A stretch of 63,027 nt of DNA, filler included, from Hyphochytrium catenoides (GCA_900088475.1; 6 parts of 6 records of this genome joined end to end with filler, not necessarily neighbours in it), one strand, 5' to 3'; counted from the whole stretch's first letter, positions 49,310-62,200 are shown. Translations and numbers: made by a program. Notes: generated from the sequence alone by a model not told the origin.

Positions 49310-49595
49310 CTTACCATGAGCCCAAGCGCCGCGGTGCCCCGGGGCCCGAGAGAGTCCAGAAGTAAGCCAAAGATAACATTTCCGGCGGAGAGCGCGTTGA
49401 AGCCGGTAACGTAAACATACTGAAGATGCTGCTCCTGCGCAGTGCAGACGGGGAGAGAGAGAGAGAGAGAAGAGAGAGACTCTTCCCGACAGAGCTCGTG
49501 ATACTCGCCTTCCCGCACGAGAGAGGAATAGAGAGGACCCCAGCTGGAGGGAGAGAGAGAAGAGAGAGAGCCAGAGAGAAAAATTCAAGAAAGAA

Positions 49596-49633
<38 letters not shown>

Positions 49634-50332
49634 GAGACAAAGGGAGGGAGAGAGGAAAAAAACGGAGAAGTAAGATCATGAGCGTGCGGAGAAAGAGAGA
49701 AAAAAGGAAGAGAAAGAAAACGGAAGATGAAGGAGGTAAAAGAGATTAACTGAAAGGAAAGAGGCAGGTGGACAAAAGGGAAGAGAGAAAAAAGAGGAAG
49801 GACAGAAAAGGGAGAGAGTTAGAAGCGGATGGGGGAGGAGAAGAGAGAGAGAGCGAGAGAGAGAAAGAGACAGAGAGAAAGGGAGAGAGAGATAAGAGAG
49901 AGAGAGAGAGACCGTGGACTTACCCTAGAAGAAGTCCTCCGGAGCAAAAGAGGACGACGACACAGCCCGCAACGTAAAGAACAACGGCAAGAATCTTTCT
50001 CTCTCTTCCTTCTTCTTCTCTCTCTTCTCTCTCCTGATCGTCCTCCAATCCCAACGACGTCTCTCCTTCCTTTCTCTCTCTCTCTCTCTCTCCTCCCACT
50101 ATCGTCTGCAGTAGGACAGGAGGAGCACTCTGTCTCGAGAGAGAGAGAGACCGCGTTCCAAGAAGAGGACTTCTCTCTCCTCGGAGAGAGTCAATCGAAG
50201 CTGCTCTCTTGGGGTTATACAAAGGGAATTCGAAGCGAGTAGAGAGAGAAGGTTTGCGAGAGAAGCGAGAGAGAGTCTCCAGACTCTCATAAGACTTGCG
50301 CGGCTTTGGAGAAGGACCGTTATCTCGCGCCA

Positions 50333-50333
<1 letters not shown>
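45591..50333 (-). CDS. MFS transporter, SLC43 (LAT3/4)/FMP42-like; exons 50333-49924, 49543-49315, 48872-48680, 48174-48111, 47594-47432, 46943-46692, 46404-46239, 45979-45591
   Basis: SGGLLLGWGPL...EGEYHELC...CTAQEQHL, GLLLDSLGPR, FQFANLF, SSLFNASG, GMLVDAHG, EFPYQLYG. GT-AG introns have consistent phases. Confidence 0.88.
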
Positions 50334-50374
<41 letters not shown>

Positions 50375-50777
50375 GAGAGAGGATGAGGGAGAAAGGTTGA
50401 AGCAACACAGGAGATATATATAGAGAAAGGCGCAAGAAGTAAAAGAGAGAGAGAGAGGAGACGCTTGCAAAATAGGCGAAAGGCTTAGGGCTCGGGGTCG
50501 GAGAGCCAAAAGAGTTAATCTGAAGACTGACGAAGAGTAATTTTGTGAAAGGGAAGAGACAGGGAAGAGGAAAGGCAGAGAGACGGAGAGAAAGAGAGAG
50601 AAAGAAAGGAAAAGAGAGAGACTGACAGTTACTTTGCCTTTCGTCTGTTCCCTTGCTCCGTGAAAAGACGTGAACGCTGATCTGATCCTCACCGCAGAAA
50701 AATGAAGCTTTTGAATGGAGCTGCTTCAGCACTTTTCTCTCTCGTCTCCCGCTCTTCCCTCTCTTTCTTCACCCCCT

Positions 50778-50817
<40 letters not shown>

Positions 50818-50946
50818 TCTCTCTCTTTTCCTCTCTCTCTCCCTCTTCCCCGGTGCCTCTCTTTCCTCTGTCTCTGTCTCTCTGTCCTTTTGCCACTGTC
50901 TCTGTCTCTCTGTCACGGACTCTCTGCCTCTCTCCCTCCCTCGCTT

Positions 50947-50993
<47 letters not shown>

Positions 50994-52230
50994 GTCTCTC
51001 TCTCTCTGTTTTGTGTCGTTTGGTGTATGGAACTTCCTTCCACTAGTAACAAAGCCAAAAGAAATCCAGAAGCAGCATGACGGTTATTCCAAACTTTCGG
51101 TATAGACGTCGTTCTATTCCTGAATAAAGACACTACCAATTGTCCAGATCTTCCCCTGGACCTAGAAATTCATCCGATTGTTGATGAGGCAGGAGAAGAA
51201 TGCACCTGCACTCCTCCCACCGGACAGGCGATGGCAAGAGAAGAGAGAGAAAGGGAAAGAGTGACAGGGGAGAGAGAGAGAGAGAGAGANNNNNNNNNNN
51301 NNNNNNNNNNNNNNNNNNNNNNNNNNNNNNNNNNGCTCGACAGATGAAGAGCGGAACAGAGAAGAAATCAAGAGAGAGGCCGGAGAGAGAACGCACCGGA
51401 CATTAAGGGAACAGCGTCGACCAAAAGGAAGAAAGATGGCAGAACACTCTCCTGTTTTCTAAGGACCAGTCAATGGCGAGCGAGCTGGGAGACAGAGACA
51501 AGAGAAGAGCCAAATGGAGAGAGAGAACGAGCAATACGAGAAGACAAGACATGTCTTGACTCGTGTAGGATGAAAGCGAGAGAAAGACAGACAGGAGATC
51601 AAAGCAACTCAGAGAGAGCGTGTGCTCAAGAACGAAGAGAACAGACAGGCTTATGAGTTGTCTAGAAGCCAGCAGGGTCCGGAGAGACACAGGAAGAAAG
51701 AGAGAGACACACCAAGATGAAGAGAGGAGCTTGCGGACATACAACGAAGAGGAGAGGAGAGAGAAAGAGATGTCGAAAGAGAGGGAGACAGGAACTAAAA
51801 TAGTTCACATCGTCGTGAGCGCTGACTCTTCCTTAGCTTCTCTTAGTATCTTACAACCTTACGTTGTCTCATTCCAGGCCAGACAGAGAGAGAAAGAGAG
51901 AGAACGAGAGGACAGAGAGAAAGAGAGACTGAGGGAGAGAGAAGGGAGGAGAAGAGAAACGCAGATGAATATACAGATACTGGGCTTGGACATTGTGGAC
52001 GGAGGAAAAAAGGAAAGGAGCCGCCAGAGAAGAGGTCAGAAGGTGAGAGGAAAGCAGGAAGAAAAAGATAACAAAGGACAGCCAAAGAAAAAGAAAGGCA
52101 AAAGAGCAAAGAGAGAGCAAAGAGCGAAGAGGAGCAAGGAAGACAAAGCGAGAGAGACACAGAGAAAAGGAGAGAGAGGAGAAGTGACAAGAGGAGGGTG
52201 AGACACTAAGATGGAAGGAAGAAGAAGAGT

Positions 52231-52490
52231 CTACGGCCCTCTTGTCTCCACGTCTCTCTCTTTTCTCCCGCCTCTTCCCTGAAAGGCCTCCAAGTACTTT
52301 ATCCCAGCGCCAGTGTTGAACAGCACAATCCGGTCCGAGGGAGAGACCTCTCCTCTCCTTTGCAGCTCTTTCAGCGCCGCGAGACACGCGCCGCCCTCAG
52401 GAGCCGCAAAAATTCCCTCTTTCTCTCCCATTTCCCTGTTTGCCGCCAACATTTCTTCGTCTGTCACTGCGATGGCGGTTCCTCCGCTCT
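52231..52490 (-). CDS. thrC: C-terminal fragment of a bacterial-type threonine synthase (fold-type II PLP enzyme), truncated at the contig end
   Basis: [16 protein letters not shown]...[16 protein letters not shown]...[13 protein letters not shown]. Confidence 0.8.
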
Positions 52491-52590
52491 NNNNNNNNNN
52501 NNNNNNNNNNNNNNNNNNNNNNNNNNNNNNNNNNTTAATTAATTAANNNNNNNNNNNNNNNNNNNNNNNNNNNNNNNNNNNNNNNNNNNN
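52491..52590. other. Artificial contig-joining spacer
   Basis: N-run, TTAATTAATTAA, N-run; 100 nt. Confidence 0.97.
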
Positions 52591-53500
52591 TGCACTTGTG
52601 TCTTGTGAGAAAAAGCTTTACTGAATGAGTTATGATAGATCCTACAGAACACAAGAAGAAGGAAAGCAAGGACAATAGTATGGGAAAACAAGTACTAAAG
52701 AAATGTATGGAGAAAGACAAAAGTCTGTTGTAATGATGATAGGATGAGGAAAGATAGTGACTGTTCAATGATGAAAGACTCTTGAGGATAAGCAAGGGGA
52801 CTCTTGAACTCAATGAGTCGACACAAAGGCAGTGACGTAAGTGCAAAAGCAAACCGTCACGCCAACAGGAAGAAGAAACGGAACCCTTTGAAGTTGGAGA
52901 TCCAGAGAGACAACCAGCTCCTAACGGACGTTACCGGCTATCAGGCTCCAGGCTAACCTTTGGCTTGGTAATGATGATAACAGGGAAAAAAAGGAAGGAG
53001 GCGGCCAGCTCCTGGGCCTTGCTTCTTCTCCTTTCTTAGAGACACTTTCTTCTTCTTGATCCAGCAGCACTTCATCATCGCCATCATTAGACCAGTGAGT
53101 TGCTCGATCGTGGTGCTTGCCAGCCTGACCCTTGCGCTCACCTCGCTCCTCCTCCTCATAGAGCATTGAAGATTGATGATAGTCGCAGAAGAGTTTGCCG
53201 CTTTATTATTATTATGGTCAAACAGCAGATAGTAGAGGAGGAGGACGCAGCGACGGGCAAGCAATGTAGGGTTCCTTCTTCCTGTCTGCCTTTTGTTGCT
53301 ACTTTTGATTCGTTCTTCATGCCACTCATGTCCTCCTTGCCGCCGCCTCCTCCTCTTGAGCTAGTAACTGATCACGGCAGCAACCAGAGGAACAATAATA
53401 AAATTGGAGAAACTGTGTCTGTCTTGTCTTCGTTCTATCCCTAGTAGCGGACGAGGTGCGGCGAGCGGGCGGGTGTTCCTCTTGAAGGGACGCCTACTGC

Positions 53501-53564
53501 TTGACCCCTTGATAGTCAAGGTTTATGGATGATAATAGAATCGTATAGCCTATCAAGGGGTCAA
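53501..53564. repeat. 64-bp element with perfect 15-bp terminal inverted repeats
   Basis: TTGACCCCTTGATAG at 53501-53515 and CTATCAAGGGGTCAA at 53550-53564. Confidence 0.85.
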
Positions 53565-55371
53565 CACACATGGGAGAGCCACTAGTAGGAAGTGCGTACT
53601 TCTTATCCTACCAGCTCAAACTAAATAGACGCTACTGCCGCCGGCTTCTCCTGATTCGGGCCAGTGCTCTCTCAGCCCTCAGCACGCTACTCATCGATGA
53701 CCACGACGTTTCAGCGTGCAGCAAAGGATGATAAGGTAGCGGCGGGCGGACTTCTTCTCTGGACCTAGATGTGGTCTGGGACCCCTTCTTCTCTAAGCTC
53801 TCTAGTTACTACTCAGTTGTCTTCTGTTCTCTCTCTAGCGTTTTGATCTTTATTCCTCTTCTTCATCATAATATTGTAGCCCCTACTACTGGGTTTCTAA
53901 CGTAGGAGAGGCCACTGAACGAGGCGGGAACTGTACACAATTGTGAATGGAGCGGCGACAGGACGTCTAGCAACGACGTGGACAAGCTAACAATAGAATA
54001 TGGAGGGGAGTCGAGGCCTGGTTGTCGCCTAAAAAAGTTAGGGCCGATGGAGGAGGGCGAGGAGGAGAAAGCTGTTGCATATATTTCATTCTGCCGCTAG
54101 CCCGCTCCTTCAACGGCCAGATCATCACGTCTCCTACGTACCCCCACAATAATTGCTGCTAGGAAGGGGAGATGATGATGAGGCTGGCCTGCTGACCACA
54201 ACAGTAGTTCTGCTTCTTCCCACTCCTTCTCTTTCTGACACCTGCGCGTATTCTGATTAGTGCAAGTGCTAGGTTAGCTGGCTTTTGCCTCCCCTCCTTC
54301 TTCTTCCTGCATGATGGCCGTTAGGAGGAGATCAACGCTGCGGGTGTTTGATGAAGAAGTATTGGCTTCTTCTACTACTAGGAGAATAGCGCAGTAACTA
54401 AAGCAACGTGTTTGGCGGGCGGTGACGTAACAACCTCCCACTTGCTGCTGCTTCATCGCCTCATTTAGGGAAAGAACAGATGGCAACAACAGCACCGCAT
54501 AGTTTTACTACTACGGAGGAGTATCAAGTACGCCCGGATGGCAAGAGGCGGACGACGGTAACCTTTCGATTTGCTTTCTAAACAGCGGTGCCAAGAACTG
54601 ACTGACGTACTCTTTCTTCCTTCACCGCCTCACCGCCATTCCTCCTTGCTCAGCACTCGCGACCGTTCGGTGGTGTGGAATGTCAACGGCGCGAGAGTGC
54701 AAACCAAAGCTATCTAGGAAGTAGTTCTAGTAGGAAAAATTAGGGGCCAGGAGGGCTCACTGCCATTGCACCCATAATATTGACCTGAAAATGGACCATA
54801 AGAAAGGAACTACCACTAGTTTACAATGCACTGCAGTGCGGTTGTTCCAATCCTTCACCTCAATGGACTGGAGTCTTTGAGTGCCTGCTGCCCTTCCTCT
54901 GGCAACTAGCTAGGACGTGCTTCCTTTCCTCTGGTTAACCTCTCTCCTTCCTACCATCTTTCCCTTCGTCCAAAGCAGTAGAATGACTCCGTCTACCTAG
55001 GGGATGCCCTTATGACCGCTGACCACGTCTGACGCTCGAACAGCAACATCTGCCTCTCCTCCAGCTGACGCGGCCCCAGCGGCTTATGTGCTGCTGTTGG
55101 ACAGGCGCGCTACAGAGGCCAACACACAGTAGGGAAACCAGGGAGGCGTGGGATATATGAGTGCGGGGTAAAAGGTCAGAGGACTTTCGAGGGAGAGTGG
55201 GGCAAGGGGAGGGTATCAGGGTGGTAGATACCGGTTAGCGACGAATGAGAACACACGGGAAGGAAAGAAATTTAAGACTGAAAGATACAGAGATGACTAT
55301 CAACAAGGAGATAGCATTGGGTGAAATATTTCCTTTCATTACAAACCGAAGCCAAGAGAGGTCAATCTCCC

Positions 55372-55471
55372 NNNNNNNNNNNNNNNNNNNNNNNNNNNNN
55401 NNNNNNNNNNNNNNNTTAATTAATTAANNNNNNNNNNNNNNNNNNNNNNNNNNNNNNNNNNNNNNNNNNNN
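55372..55471. other. Artificial contig-joining spacer
   Basis: N-run, TTAATTAATTAA, N-run; 100 nt. Confidence 0.97.
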
Positions 55472-55553
55472 CCAGAAGTTTAGGAGAAGAAGAGATATGC
55501 CACGTAGAGGCATAGAAAAATGGAGCAAGAGAGACAGAAAGAGGCATAGAACG

Positions 55554-55590
<37 letters not shown>

Positions 55591-55641
55591 GACAGAGAGA
55601 GAGAGAGAGACAGAGAGAGAGAGAAAGAGAGAGAGACATAC

Positions 55642-55942
55642 AACAGTCCGATCACATTGATGATCCACCAGAAGCAATCTGTGATGATTGACAACCGCCA
55701 CAACGAGCGCTTCTGCTTAATGCTTCCTGCAGGCGGCGAGTGCACGACGAGGAAGAACGCAACCAGAAGAGGAAGTCAGAGTTGGAGAAGAGACTTGTCA
55801 ACGGCAAAGAGGCAGAGAGAGAGAGAGAGAGAGAAAGAAGAAGAGACAGCATGGGACAGACGGACAAGCTTAGCAAGGAAGACTGGCATTCTCTCATCAG
55901 TCGAAGCTCTATCAACGCACCATCGCCAGCGATGTAGACCAT
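55642..55942 (-). CDS. SELENOK: Selenoprotein K/G-like protein, first two exons (55942-55921, 55726-55642); 3' part lost at the contig end
   Basis: The spliced product MVYIAGDGSIKQKRSLWRLSIITDCFWWIINVIGL matches the SelK N-terminus (MVYIS.G.V...RSPWRLS.ITDFFWGI). The intron is GT-AG, phase 1. Confidence 0.85.
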
Positions 55943-56276
55943 CCTTCGCCTCTTCCCTGCCTCAGCAATAAATTGAAGCCGCTGATGCTTTTCTCTTTGT
56001 CCTCTTGCTACTTTGCCTCTTGGGGCAGAGCTCAGCCAGAGCTCGTAGACTGCCGGAGACGCCGCTGCGGCGCCGATAGAGACTCAGATGCCGCGCCAAG
56101 CTCTAGAATGTGCCGGCGGAAGTGTCTGGGAAGGCCCAGGTCTGCGATGAGGAAAGAGGAAGAAGAAACGTGGCAGCGCTTGAAGGTGACATTGAAGAGA
56201 GATCGTGATAAGAGGGAGAGTGTGAGACAGACAGACAGACAGGCATAGGGACAGAGAGAGAGACGAGAGAAAGAGA

Positions 56277-56333
<57 letters not shown>

Positions 56334-56768
56334 CGGAGGGAGAGAGACTGGGAGAGACAGAGAGAGACACAGAAAGTGAGGGAGAAAGAGAGGAGAGAGA
56401 GCGAGAGAGAGAGCAAGAGAGAGAGAGCTGGACAAACACAACGTATGCTCAAAGAGAAACAACCACGGAAACCTTCCACCATTTTGCGGAAAGAAACATT
56501 CCCTCACCGTCTCTGACTTTTAACTAAAGCTTTTGAAATGTTTCGCTAACGGAAACTCTCGAGAAAGTTAAGAGAAAGGAAGGAACAGAGAGAGAGAGAC
56601 AAAGAGAGACAGAGAGCAAGCAAGCTGGGAGGAAGAGAGAGGCACAGACTGGCTAAAAGACAGGTAGAAGTGAGGAAGAGAGATAGAGGAAGAGACATAG
56701 ATATGTAGAATGTAAAAGTGTGAGAGAGAGAGAGAGAGACAGAGTGAGAGAAAGGAACAGTGAAAGAG

Positions 56769-56803
<35 letters not shown>

Positions 56804-57082
56804 NNNNNNNNNNNNNNNNNNNNNNNNNNNNNNNNNNNNNAGAGAGAGAGAGCGAGAGAGAGAGAGAGAGAGAGAGTGCTAGCACTAAATCTGCACGATT
56901 AGAATCCCCTGCCAGCCCGAGGCCAATACTGCGGCTGCGGGAAGGCGATAACAGTCTTCGCCGCTGACTGACAGACTCACCTCCCCGTCTGCTGGTCAAT
57001 AAAGGACTCGAAGGGAAGAGGCGAGAAATAATGTGAGACGAAGCCTCTTTCTCCTCCTCTCGTTTCTCTCTCTCTCTCTCTC

Positions 57083-57182
57083 NNNNNNNNNNNNNNNNNN
57101 NNNNNNNNNNNNNNNNNNNNNNNNNNTTAATTAATTAANNNNNNNNNNNNNNNNNNNNNNNNNNNNNNNNNNNNNNNNNNNN
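57083..57182. other. Artificial contig-joining spacer
   Basis: N-run, TTAATTAATTAA, N-run; 100 nt. Confidence 0.97.
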
Positions 57183-57442
57183 TGGGAGTGATGGAAGCAG
57201 ATTCGAGTAACTCGCTCACTGTATCCTACCCATGGTCGTGAGAAGAGTGACACGAGCTGTCAGTCAGACTAAGGATCCACTCCATGCTTTCCGAGGTAAA
57301 AAGAAATGTGACAACAACTTAGCTGTAGCGAAGACAGAAAGTCGAGCAACGTTCGGGAGTGCTTACTCAAACTAGAAGAAATCCAATCGTCACGAACTCA
57401 ACCCTGTAGGGCAATTTAGACTAATAATAACCCGTGGAAGGT

Positions 57443-58835
57443 ATGGAGACCACGTATGCAGTACCGCTGGGAGGAGGAACGGCAACAGTCCAGAGAGGCA
57501 ACGAAGAAGAAGTCTTTTGTCTCAAAATCACCTGCACCCGTACTCAGGACAAGAATGTGATAAACATTGAAATCCCTACTACTACCACCAGGACTCTGCC
57601 TTCTTGCCTAGCCGTGCATACAGAAAAGAGGGGAGAGGCGGCTCAGAACTCCCCACGAGTGGATGAGCCTGCTAATGTGATGGCCATCGGGAAGGAGCAG
57701 GACCCAGAGGTCCAGCAGATGGAGAGATTGTTGGACGAGGTGTGCTTTGGCTACCAGCTTTCTAGCCGTGATGGTCCGGATATTAAGTATGACAAGGACC
57801 TGATACAAGTATCGAATAGATTCATAGCCAATGACGGGCACTTGCACAGACAGTATGGAGTGGTAACGGCGCACTATGACGAGTTGCCACTGAGGAGCAA
57901 AGGCCCGCGGGAAGCTGATGGAGGAGAAGGATTGGCAAAGAGTGCTGTATCAATGGGAAGCGAGGTAGGAGTGATGCAGCAAGCATCTCTTACAAACGAC
58001 ATCACCAGTGTCAGAGATGCAAGGAACGCCGGGTTAGGTGGTCAAAGCACCTCAAGGTGAAACCCAAGCAGATAATCCTTTATACGAATCCAGAGAGTCC
58101 AGACTGGAAACTAAAGCATTGATTACAGCTACAATGAAAGCGGAGCCAAGTTTACATCGTGAAAACTTCGTTGACTGGGCCCCTTGCAGGATAAATGAAG
58201 GGATGCAGACTCTCCAGTGCCAGATCCCAGTAACAGAAAGTTCTAGTGACAGTGTGGACTGCCATAGGACTAAGCTTCCACAGCTTAAGGGGGCTGTTAG
58301 TCCGAAGCAACCGATGCCAAAGGGTGGTCGCCACAGGATATTGCTAGCAAGCTGCCTCCTGTGTGAGAAAGAACTGCGGCCAGCTCCTACTGCTTCAATC
58401 AAGCGTCTGCATGCCCATAGTGAGACCAAGTGGCACAAGCGACATCTCACATCACTCATTACTGGATATCCCTACGAAATTTCCGCCTCCTTGGCAAGCA
58501 TTTATAAGAGCCAACTGGAAGCTGAGGAAGAGCTAGATCAGCATGTAGCTATCTACCGTCGGTGTAAACAGTCCGTGAAGCAAAAGAGTCTTACGTTCGG
58601 CTTTCAGAAGCCGGGGAAGAAAGAAGACCAGTCGTCAAGACTAGAAGACATGCCGCGCCCCAAGAGAATGGATATGTATGGCGCTGCGCAGGTGATCCTT
58701 AGCTTCCTCCGTTTTGCCAAGGCTCGGAAGCGGGTCATCCCTGGGTGTAAACTGCAGCGTGCCCTTTGGTGTCAAAGTCTACGGAAGCTGTGTGTCCATT
58801 GCCGTCCGTATCAGCCATGTAAAGATCACCAGTAG
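57443..58835 (+). CDS. Hypothetical protein with a single C2H2 (U1/matrin-like) zinc finger and an IQ-like helix; possible intron 57965-58037
   Basis: Two long non-repetitive overlapping ORFs can be joined by a phase-0 GT..AG intron with a weak pyrimidine tract. Motifs: CLLCEKEL...HAHSETKWH and AAQVILSFLRFAKARKR. Confidence 0.5.
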
Positions 58836-59240
58836 TAAACCCGTAATAGATCTTGAATTCAGTTATCGTAACTCGNNNNNNNNNNNNNNNNNNNNNNNNN
58901 NNGCAGCAGAGAGAAAGTTTACAGAGGGAAGAGCGCAATCAGCGAGGAGGAGAAGAGGAGTGGACGGAGGACAGATAGGAGACGGAAGCAAGGAAGAGAG
59001 AAAGAGAGAGCGAGGGAGAAGACAAATAAAGGAGAGGAGGAAGAATAGAGGGAAGAGCAAGAAGAAGGAGAAGTCACAGCTGTCACAAAAGAGCTCAGAA
59101 CAGCATATGGCCTTTCATGCAGTTCTTCTCTTAAGGCACCATAAGCAGAAATTACAGCTAATTCTTCTTCTTCCAGTCAATAAATTCAGAAGGTAGCACC
59201 ATGAGCAGGTAAACCTGTACAAGCTCTGAGCCTAAGTAGT

Positions 59241-62200
59241 ATGGCCAGCGTTCGTCCATTAAGCGGTCCTTGGCTTGGCCTACCAGGCTCACCTACAGAT
59301 CTCAAGAAGCAACCACTGTCTGAGAATGCATCGCCATCGCCGACTGTGCCTGCACCGGAGAGACTCAATATGAAAACAGCTCTTTCTCCAATGCCGCCCG
59401 CACCTCCACAGAAAGACGTGGAGACCACGATAGATCAGGAACTAGAAAATCTTGACCATGCGCAAGTTTTAAGCACTACTCAAGCTGCATACGACCTCAT
59501 TTACCTCCGCTCAGGCGGGCCATACGATATCCCGGAGCTTAACACTGAAGGTCTGGAGGTGAAACACCGGCCCGAGCCCAAGGACCTTAACACACTTCTC
59601 AGCCGAGTAGAGCAGGTGCAGCAAAGCTTTACAAATCTTGTGAACAAGCTGAGAGAGGCAACATCAAGTCATGGCTGTGTCCAATGCTGGGTGGCTCCTA
59701 CTAAGGTGAAGGAGCAAATTCTTCGAAAGGCAGTTCACAAGTATGGCGGACGTTTATCTTGTGTCAAGGACGTACTCAGAGCCTCAGCTATATTTGAGGA
59801 TCTGGGGAGCTTATTAAGGGGCCTGGGTACCTTGAAGGGTCTCGCTAGAGAAATGGAGGCTTGTTCAATACTGAGGGTAAAGAGCTCCTTCTCCGGCTGC
59901 TCTTTGTACGGAGGCTATCGTGATGTGAAGGTTAACCTCTCGTTCTCTGGCATCGTTTGTGAGCTGCAACTCCACCTGCAACCCTTGTGGAACCTTCAGA
60001 AAGAAAGCGGCTACGAGGCCTACCAATTGGCTCGAAAACTACGGGTTAGCCATTTGTTTGATCCATTGGAGGCTGTGGAGAACCTGCAGCCCTCTGTTAT
60101 TAGTGGGATGTTAGCCAGAGCAATGAATGTGAAAGATAATTGGAAGTGCGGCCGCCTCCACGAGGCGCAGGGAGAGTATCAAATGGCCTACCAGGATTAC
60201 GTAGCAGCGGAGAAAGGGAAGCTTGCAACCTCAGGACAAGATCACCCTTCTTGTGTAGAGCACAGGGTTATCCTGGGCCAGCTACAGAGGGCTCTGGGGA
60301 TGAAGCAGCAAGCCCTTGAAACTTTATCCGGTGCCATGCCGGGCTCTCAGAAGCTCTTGGGGCTCTCCCATCCGCTGGCAATAATCGTTGCCGCGAGCGT
60401 TTTGAAGCTCCAAAAGGAGCTGGGTAAAAGGAGTGACTATGAACATACCATGCAGAAGCTCCTTCGGTCAAGATCTCCGTCATCATCTTCCACTCTGCCC
60501 TCGGAGTCGGATAGTAGGTGGTTGCTGGATGGATATCGTGACAGGGGACGGTATGCAGACATAAGCGAAGGTGTTAGAGCCCTTCTGGATATCAAGCAAA
60601 TTGGAAGAGAGCACTGGAAGGTAATGATTTAGGAAGTGGAAGCCATTCAGGAGTCTATTATCAGTACCCTGCCCTTCATTTCATTGGCTTTGTCAGTATC
60701 ACTCTAATAGTACGTCCAGGTCGAAGAGCTGGTCAAAGTTCTATATGAGACTTCTTGTGAGGTCAATGGGACTCACCACACGAGAAGCTTAGAGCTACTA
60801 CACGCTATGGCAATTCTACTTTATTCCAAAGGAAGAGCTAATGACTCCGCTAACTACTTACAGGTCGTGGTGGCTGGGAAAAGAGAGGTGCGTGGCTCAA
60901 GATCCTAATAGTGTAAAAGGCGAGTGTCAATGACATTCTAGGAAGAAGATTGATGAGAGGGAAGAGCATGGTACACAGAACTACTATCAGGAAGGTGGTC
61001 AACCACCGTGGAGATGGCTGCATTTAACCTTCTGATCTGCTAGGCTCTTGGACCTGCTCATCCCTCGACCGTCTACTCCCTTCGGTCTCTCTGTCTTGCT
61101 CTGGAAGAGAGGAAGGAGTATGGCGAAGCAGAAAGTTTATACAAAAGGGCATTGGAAGAGCAGGATCAAAGTTCTCAGCCTGATGTCTGTATCAAGGCTT
61201 GTATCCTACACTGGGTGGGATCAGTCGCACGACGACAGGAGCGATACAATGAGACGGAGCAGTATTATCGCCAGTCGCTAGAGTTACTGATAACTGTTGA
61301 CGGAGAGGGTAAGTGGCCAGAATTGGCTCTTGAGATTCATCTTTGAGCCAACAGAGTGGGTCATCCGTTTGGTGCCTGGCCCTCAACTTGCTTCTGTCTC
61401 CTGTGGTGTTGTCCCGTGATCCCGCGACCAGAGGCAGCTTCTACTTTCTCCTCCTCTTTTCGTGATATCTACCCTTTTTTTACCTGCTGTCTCTTATCAC
61501 CTACCGTGTCACGGTCTTATCCACAGGGAGCTTAAGTGTACAAAGCCTAAGAAACAGCCTTGCCGGTGTTCTGCAGTCCCAAGGCAAAACCGAAGAGGCC
61601 GTTGAACTCTACCGTGTCATTTTGGCACGAAGAATGTCAATTCTTGGAGAAAAGCACCCTTCCGTCCTTAGTACCATGAACAACCTAGCACAAGCCTTGC
61701 GAGTTAAGGGAGGTGAGGATCCCAATCCCGCCCTTGCCCATCTTCACCATCATATCTCCTTCTCCTGACCATTGTCGGGTTAATCTCGTTGAGTTTGCTT
61801 CTTCGTCAGCTCTTCATACACTGATGGTGAAGACGCTGCTAACTCACCTTGGCAGTCCTTCTGATACAGTCTCTTTTTGTCGCCCTTGACACCCTTTCCA
61901 GGCTCACAGTCCATACAAGAGGCAGAGACTCTGCTGCTTCGCACACTTTCTCTAGCAGACGTGACTTTGGGTCCTCAGCATGCGGACCGCTTTATTTATG
62001 TAAGGAATCTGGCGGCTTTGTACGAGAAGATGAACAGATTGCAAGAAGCTGCACACTGGACCGAGAGAGCGATTGAAGGGCGGTCGGTAGGGACCCAGAA
62101 TGGGAGTGGACCTAGAACAGGTTGCGATGCAAAGACAGTCCATCATCTGGGGAGACTGTACCAGAAGCTAGGGAAGCTTACTGAGGCGGAAAAGTACCTG

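Noticed and set aside
54740-54800. CCATTGCAC resembling the U1 snRNA loop II
   Set aside because: There is no ATACTTACCTG 5' end and no matching stem or Sm-site arrangement.
52591-55371. Short ORFs in contig 4
   Set aside because: Low-complexity sequence with no domain signal or convincing splice structure.
17258-57082. Dozens of ORFs rich in SLSLSL or RERERE
   Set aside because: These are translations of (CT/AG)n microsatellite, which lacks stop codons. They are mostly intronic or intergenic.
20151-57182. Recurrent TTAATTAATTAA palindrome as a biological motif
   Set aside because: All five copies sit at the centre of 100-nt N spacers, so it is a concatenation linker. Gene adjacency across these spacers is meaningless.
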